NCBI GenBank assembly: GCA_963845185.1
Contig: CAWJRG010000006.1
Coordinates: forward strand, 1 to 64,000
Direction: 5' to 3'
DNA length: 64,000 nt
Source of the DNA: an uncultured bacterium
GTDB taxonomy: Bacteria > Oederibacteriota > PGYV01 > CAWJRG01
The translations under genes and the position numbers were made by a program. The notes below the pieces were generated by a model. It ran no database searches. It was given only the letters and a program-made list of their open reading frames with translations, and had not been told where the DNA came from. Positions 59,158 to 64,000 of this stretch are shown here, piece after piece (position 1 is the first letter of the stretch; each line of letters starts with the position of its first letter).

Positions 59158-60092
59158 ACGGTAAAATGCAGCTTTTTGCCGGCAATTCAAACATGAAGCT
59201 TGCAAAGGAAATTTCAAAATATATAGGCGTAAAACTTGGAGACGCAATGGTGAACAAATTCCCTGAGGGCGAGATAAGGGTGAAAATAAACGATAATGTC
59301 AGGGGATCCGATGTTTTTATAGTCCAATCCACCTGCCCTCCAGCAAACGACAACCTCATGGAAATGCTTATAATGATAGACGCCATCCGCAGGGCCTCGG
59401 CAAAAAGAATAACCGCAGTGCTTCCTTTTTACGGATATGCGCGCCAGGACAGGAAAGACCAGCCCAGGGTGCCGATTACCGCAAAACTGGTGGCGAACTT
59501 GCTGGTCAAAGCAGGCGCAGACAGGGTGCTTACCATGGACCTGCACGCAGGCCAGATACAGGGTTTTTTTGACATACCGCTGGACCATTTGCTTGCCGCA
59601 CCCGTGTTTATAAATTATTTTAAAAAGAAAAAACTGAGAAATTTCGTGATCGCTACTGCTGATATCGGCGGCATCAAACTGGCCTGGTATTTCGCGGAAA
59701 AATTAGGCGCGGAACTTGCCATAGTTGACAAAAAAAGGCTCAGTCCGGAGTCGGTCGATGCCATGCATTTAATCGGCGACATAAAAGACAAGAACGTAAT
59801 AATACCCGATGACATGCTCGCTACGGGAGGCACATTTGTCCAGGCTGCGAAGTTTTTAAAGAAAAGAGGGGCAAAGGATATTTACGGGTGCATGACACAC
59901 GGGCTTTTTTCGGGCAACGCCATGGAAAAAATAAACGATGCGCCCATAAAGGAAGTGGTTGTCACGGATACCATACCGCAGCGCGAAAGAGAGAGCAACA
60001 AAAAGGTAACCGTGCTTTCGGTCGGGAGCATGTTCGGCGAGGCGATAAAGAGGATTCATAACGAGCAGACAATAACAGCGTTATTCAAGTAA
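59154..60092 (+). CDS. prs: Ribose-phosphate pyrophosphokinase
   Basis: FPEGE, GYARQDRK, DLHAGQIQGFF and DDMLATGGT. Confidence 0.98.
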   Translation: MNGKMQLFAGNSNMKLAKEISKYIGVKLGDAMVNKFPEGEIRVKINDNVRGSDVFIVQSTCPPANDNLMEMLIMIDAIRRASAKRITAVLPFYGYARQDRKDQPRVPITAKLVANLLVKAGADRVLTMDLHAGQIQGFFDIPLDHLLAAPVFINYFKKKKLRNFVIATADIGGIKLAWYFAEKLGAELAIVDKKRLSPESVDAMHLIGDIKDKNVIIPDDMLATGGTFVQAAKFLKKRGAKDIYGCMTHGLFSGNAMEKINDAPIKEVVVTDTIPQRERESNKKVTVLSVGSMFGEAIKRIHNEQTITALFK

Positions 60093-60137
60093 ATATTTGT
60101 ATCCACGCTGCATAAAAAAACAGGAGGAATTTGCGAA

Positions 60138-60893
60138 ATGGATAAAGTAACAATAGAGGCAAAAGTGAGGAAAGAAGGGGAATCAACCCCCCAAAAAATA
60201 AGGAAGGAAGGCAATATACCCGCGGTGGTATACGGCAAGGAAACAAAATCGCTGCCGATTGAGATTAAAATAAAGGATATTCAAAAGACCGTGAAAACGG
60301 TATCCGAGGGCACGATTCTTATCACCCTTAAATTAATAGACAGGGAAAAACAGGAAGAGAAAACCGTGGTTATCCAGGAAATTCAGCGGGACCCGGTTAC
60401 GGACGAGATTATACATGCCGATTTCCACCAGATAGCCGAGAACGAAAAGACGGTATTTAAGGTGCCTGTTATAATAAAGGGCATTTCGGAAGGCGTAAAA
60501 GAGGGGGGAGTAATTGAGCATATATTGAGGGAAGTGGAAGTCAGGTGCATGCCAAAGGACCTGCCTCCAACCATTGATATAGATTCGACCCTGTTAAAAA
60601 TAGGCGACGACCTGACAGTCAAAGATTTAACAGTCAAAGAAGGCGTCGAGATACTTGATAATCCGGGAGCTGTAGTGCTTACGCTGCTTGCACCGCATGT
60701 ATATGAGGAAGCTGCGCCTGCTGCTACTGCTGCCGCACCTGAAGCGGCTGCTGCCCAGCCTGAACTGATCAAGAAGGAAAGGGCTGTTGAGGAAGGCGAA
60801 GAAGGCGCTGAGAAAGCTGCGGAGCCGGCCGGAGCCAAGAAAGAAGAGAAAAAGGAAGGCAAAAGGGAAGCCAAAAAAGAAGCCAAGAAGTAA
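60138..60893 (+). CDS. rplY: 50S ribosomal protein L25 (CTC type)
   Basis: IPAVVYG, EIQRDPV..IIHADF and GVKEGG; follows prs. Confidence 0.96.
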   Translation: MDKVTIEAKVRKEGESTPQKIRKEGNIPAVVYGKETKSLPIEIKIKDIQKTVKTVSEGTILITLKLIDREKQEEKTVVIQEIQRDPVTDEIIHADFHQIAENEKTVFKVPVIIKGISEGVKEGGVIEHILREVEVRCMPKDLPPTIDIDSTLLKIGDDLTVKDLTVKEGVEILDNPGAVVLTLLAPHVYEEAAPAATAAAPEAAAAQPELIKKERAVEEGEEGAEKAAEPAGAKKEEKKEGKREAKKEAKK

Positions 60894-60940
60894 AATTTTA
60901 AACTGTAAGCTGTAAAGTCTAATTAAAAACCGTGGTCTTG

Positions 60941-61504
60941 ATGAAACTCATTATCGGCTTGGGCAATATCGGCGAAGAGTATGACGGGACAAGGCATAAC
61001 ATCGGTTTTGAATTTATTGATTATTTTGCTTCAAATGCGGGGTTAAAAATAAACAAAAAATCAGGATACGGCCTAATTTCCCTGAAAGCAATAGCCGGCG
61101 AGGAAATAATCCTTTTAAAACCAACCACTTATATGAATGAATCCGGAAAAGCGGCAAATTTTTTTAAAAATAAATACGGGATACCCCCGGAAAACACGCT
61201 GGTAATACACGACGATGTTGACCTGCCGCCCGGCAGGATAAAAATAAAAAAAGGCGGCGGTGACGCCGGGCACAAGGGCATAGCATCCATAATAAAAGCA
61301 TTAAACAGCGGGGATTTTATAAGGCTGCGCATCGGCATTGGCAAAGCACAAAGCAAAAGGGAAATGGTTGATTATGTTCTGGGTAAATTTACCCGCGACG
61401 AAACCGCGGAGTTTGAAAAGAAATTTCCGGTTGTTGAAAAATTCATATATGATTTTATTACAATGGGTTATGAAAAAGCAGCGGGAAAATTTAAAGCTGA
61501 TTAA
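60941..61504 (+). CDS. pth: Peptidyl-tRNA hydrolase
   Basis: IGLGN..EEYDGTRHNIGF, KPTTYMNESG, HDD and GHKG. Confidence 0.96.
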   Translation: MKLIIGLGNIGEEYDGTRHNIGFEFIDYFASNAGLKINKKSGYGLISLKAIAGEEIILLKPTTYMNESGKAANFFKNKYGIPPENTLVIHDDVDLPPGRIKIKKGGGDAGHKGIASIIKALNSGDFIRLRIGIGKAQSKREMVDYVLGKFTRDETAEFEKKFPVVEKFIYDFITMGYEKAAGKFKAD

Positions 61505-61544
61505 TTCATAAAACGAAGGATTTTTTAGCCAAAAAAGGTGTGAG

Positions 61545-61892
61545 ATGAAATTCTCAAGGGAAGAAAAAATAATACTGCTGGCCATAATTATAGCCGCTAT
61601 TGTCGGGTTTCTTGCCAATATATTTTTTTCATACGGAAAAAAAGTCCATGTTACAACCCTTGCGGCAAGCGCAGAAAAAATCAATATAAACACTGCACAG
61701 GCCGCTGAGCTTGAAAAACTGCCAGGCATAGGCAGGGTAACAGCCGAAAGGATAATGGAATACAGGCAGAAATCAGGCGGTTTTAAAACAACTGAAGAGA
61801 TAATGAAAATAAAGGGCATGAGCAGCAAGAAATATGAAAGAATAAAGAATTATATAACAAGCGTAACAAATACGGGCAATGCAGTTAAATAG
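61545..61892 (+). CDS. comEA: ComEA-like helix-hairpin-helix DNA-binding protein
   Basis: KININTA..AELEKLPGIG...AERI; N-terminal TM. Confidence 0.88.
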   Translation: MKFSREEKIILLAIIIAAIVGFLANIFFSYGKKVHVTTLAASAEKININTAQAAELEKLPGIGRVTAERIMEYRQKSGGFKTTEEIMKIKGMSSKKYERIKNYITSVTNTGNAVK

Positions 61893-64000
61893 GCCGATAT
61901 TTTTTGTTTGCCTTTTTTACATGGCGGGCATATTTGCCGCAGCAATAGCCCCGATAAGCTGGCTGGTTTCGTTATTAATACTTCTCGCCGCACTTATAAT
62001 TTATTTATTGTTTTTCTTACATAAGGATAAAGCAGACTTTCTTGTTTTTATTCTTTTTTTCATGCTCGGCATGCTTTGCTACAGCATGTATACCGCATAT
62101 TTCCCGCCAAACCATATATCCAAATACATTGCGAAAAACGGGAATAATATAAATGCCGTGGATGTCGTTGTCGGGGAAGACCCGGCAATAGCAGACAACA
62201 GGGTATATTTCAGCGCCGATATAATAAACGCTTACGGAGACAACAAGAAAATTGAAAACCTTTCCGGCAAAATCAGGGTCACGATTGAAGAAAAACTTGG
62301 AACGGGAATAGAGTACGGCGATGTGCTTAACATAAAAGGCGTGCTGCGGGAGCCCGGAGGTATAAAAAACGCTGGAGAATTTGACTATAAAAAATACCTG
62401 GAAAACAGGAAAATTTATTACACGATTTACGCAAAACAGGATAATGTACTGAAGATAGGCAAGAAAACCGGGAATTACCTTTATTATTTTTCGTACAGGA
62501 TAAAACACAGGCTCGTTGATATCATGTACTCGAGCATACCTTTTGATGAAGCGAAAATTCTCGACGGCATAATGCTGGGCAACGAGCGGAGGATACCGTA
62601 CGAAGTTTACGACAGGTTCAATACGACAGGCACGGTGCATATACTCGCGGTTTCCGGCCTGAAAGTGGGCCTCATAGCCCTGTTTGTTTTTCTCGTGCTT
62701 AAGGCAGCCAGGGTAAACAGGAAAATATCGGCGCTGGTAACCGTAATAATAATCACGGTTTTTACCATTATAACAGGCATGGCCGCTTCGGCTGTAAGAG
62801 CCACAATAATGTCTTATGCCGTGCTCTTATGCCTTGCCATGGAAAGGGACGCAGATGTATTTGCTTCGATCGCCGCGGCAGCCATGGTTATCCTGCTTGT
62901 AAAACCCGTGGATTTATTCGATATAGGCTTTCAGCTTTCGTTCCTCGCGACCTTCGGGCTGATATACTGCAATAAATATTTTATGGGATTCTTTAAATTC
63001 ATGCCGGAATATGCGGCAGAACCGCTGGCCATAACCTTGACGGCACAGATATTTCTTGTGCCGCCGCTCGCCTACACTTTCCACATGATTTCTCTGGTAT
63101 CCTTGATAGCGAATTTTTTTATAGTGCCGCTGACGAGCCTTATAATAATGATAGGGCTTGTTATGTGGTCCTTTGGGACTGTAAGCATGTGGGCCGCGCG
63201 GGTTTTCGGGGCCAGCATCTGGCTTATCGTGAAATCAATGATGTTTATCGTTAATTTTCTGGCGTCCGTGCCATTTGCCGCAATATCGGTAAAGACGTTT
63301 AACCCCGGGTTTGTTGTTTTTTATTACATATTTTTTTTGATACTGCCGCACTCCGACATTGACATAAAATTAAGGAAAATAAGCTTAAAGGCAGTTCTGG
63401 GCTTTGCCCTCCTTGCATGGGCTGGAATCCATATTATTTACGGAGGCAGCGACTTTAAATTCTACGGGCTTGACACGCGCGGCATTAACGCGGCGTTTGT
63501 AAAAACGCAGGACAATAAAAAAATACTCATGATATGCGGCGCTGCAAATGCAAGGGCTGAATCAGGGCTATACAGCCTGCGGAATACAGTGATACCTTTT
63601 TTGAAGCACGAAGGCGTAAATACCATTGATTACCTTATACTGCTTTCGGCAGGGAAAAATACAGAATACATAAACAAGAATTTCCGCGTAATGAAAACAA
63701 TATACGGCCACGGGATAATGCTGGAAAAACTCGGGGAAAACACGGATATTGAAATCAACACAAACGGGGTTAACATAAATTATAACGGCCGCAGGATTAT
63801 ATTTGCCAGGCATTTTGACAGCGGATTCAGGTATGAGCAAAACGCGGTTATTTACCTGTGCTCCCTTCCCGGGGAAAGCCTGGTTTTGCCTGCGGGGGAC
63901 AGCATATATTTTGTAAACAGCAATGGCCTTAAGTTTTCTAATGAAAAAGAGCCAGGCGCAAACTGGGCCGGCCATATGATTGACCTCGCAAAGACCGGCA
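61879..64000 (+). CDS. comEC: ComEC/Rec2 competence protein (3' partial; absent from the ORF track because it runs off the window)
   Basis: Manual translation from ATG 61879: MQLNRPIF..., NAGEFDYKKYL, TGTVHILAVSGL, SAVRATIM and GFQLSF. Confidence 0.92.
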   Translation, partial: MQLNRPIFFVCLFYMAGIFAAAIAPISWLVSLLILLAALIIYLLFFLHKDKADFLVFILFFMLGMLCYSMYTAYFPPNHISKYIAKNGNNINAVDVVVGEDPAIADNRVYFSADIINAYGDNKKIENLSGKIRVTIEEKLGTGIEYGDVLNIKGVLREPGGIKNAGEFDYKKYLENRKIYYTIYAKQDNVLKIGKKTGNYLYYFSYRIKHRLVDIMYSSIPFDEAKILDGIMLGNERRIPYEVYDRFNTTGTVHILAVSGLKVGLIALFVFLVLKAARVNRKISALVTVIIITVFTIITGMAASAVRATIMSYAVLLCLAMERDADVFASIAAAAMVILLVKPVDLFDIGFQLSFLATFGLIYCNKYFMGFFKFMPEYAAEPLAITLTAQIFLVPPLAYTFHMISLVSLIANFFIVPLTSLIIMIGLVMWSFGTVSMWAARVFGASIWLIVKSMMFIVNFLASVPFAAISVKTFNPGFVVFYYIFFLILPHSDIDIKLRKISLKAVLGFALLAWAGIHIIYGGSDFKFYGLDTRGINAAFVKTQDNKKILMICGAANARAESGLYSLRNTVIPFLKHEGVNTIDYLILLSAGKNTEYINKNFRVMKTIYGHGIMLEKLGENTDIEINTNGVNINYNGRRIIFARHFDSGFRYEQNAVIYLCSLPGESLVLPAGDSIYFVNSNGLKFSNEKEPGANWAGHMIDLAKTG

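Noticed and set aside
62017..63975. Minus-strand ORFs 62017..62640, 62607..62804 and 63568..63975
   Set aside because: They are antisense to the plus-strand comEC frame.

Overview
Bacterial chromosome window, AT-rich overall, with an accessory left half and a housekeeping right half. Positions 1-23.6 kb hold a cluster of secreted-protein genes. It opens with a frameshifted Thr-rich surface protein, a DNA methyltransferase + MutH/Sau3AI-type endonuclease pair and a LacI regulator. Three repeated two-gene units (A+B) follow. Each A gene encodes a signal peptide, a variable head (GH74 xyloglucanase-like enzyme or lectin-like jelly-roll), a DUF11/CnaA-type Ig domain that stops early, and an aromatic tail. 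Each B gene encodes a signal peptide, a Cys-rich domain, a ~20-aa peptide resembling the strands missing from A's DUF11 domain, a ~900-1000-aa TxT stalk and a T9SS/FlgD-like C-terminal domain. My main hypothesis (inference, untested) is a natural split-domain 'catcher/tag' system that docks interchangeable heads, possibly covalently, onto long stalks. Positions 25-31 kb carry REP-like palindromes, a right-truncated IS1182-family element, an orphan HEAT-like secreted gene and an unusual element with two different DDE integrases and a candidate -1 frameshift. The rest includes a secreted pentein-fold protein, class II RNR, three tandem PilZ genes, M23 peptidase/bactofilin, gltX, lepA, queE, lemA overlapped by rnpB, guaBA, a glycogen debranching enzyme, xerD, glmU-prs-rplY-pth and comEA-comEC. 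From recollection, the protein style resembles candidate-phylum genomes such as Ca. Goldiibacteriota/FCPU426, but I cannot verify this. All domain calls come from reading motifs by eye, not from database searches.
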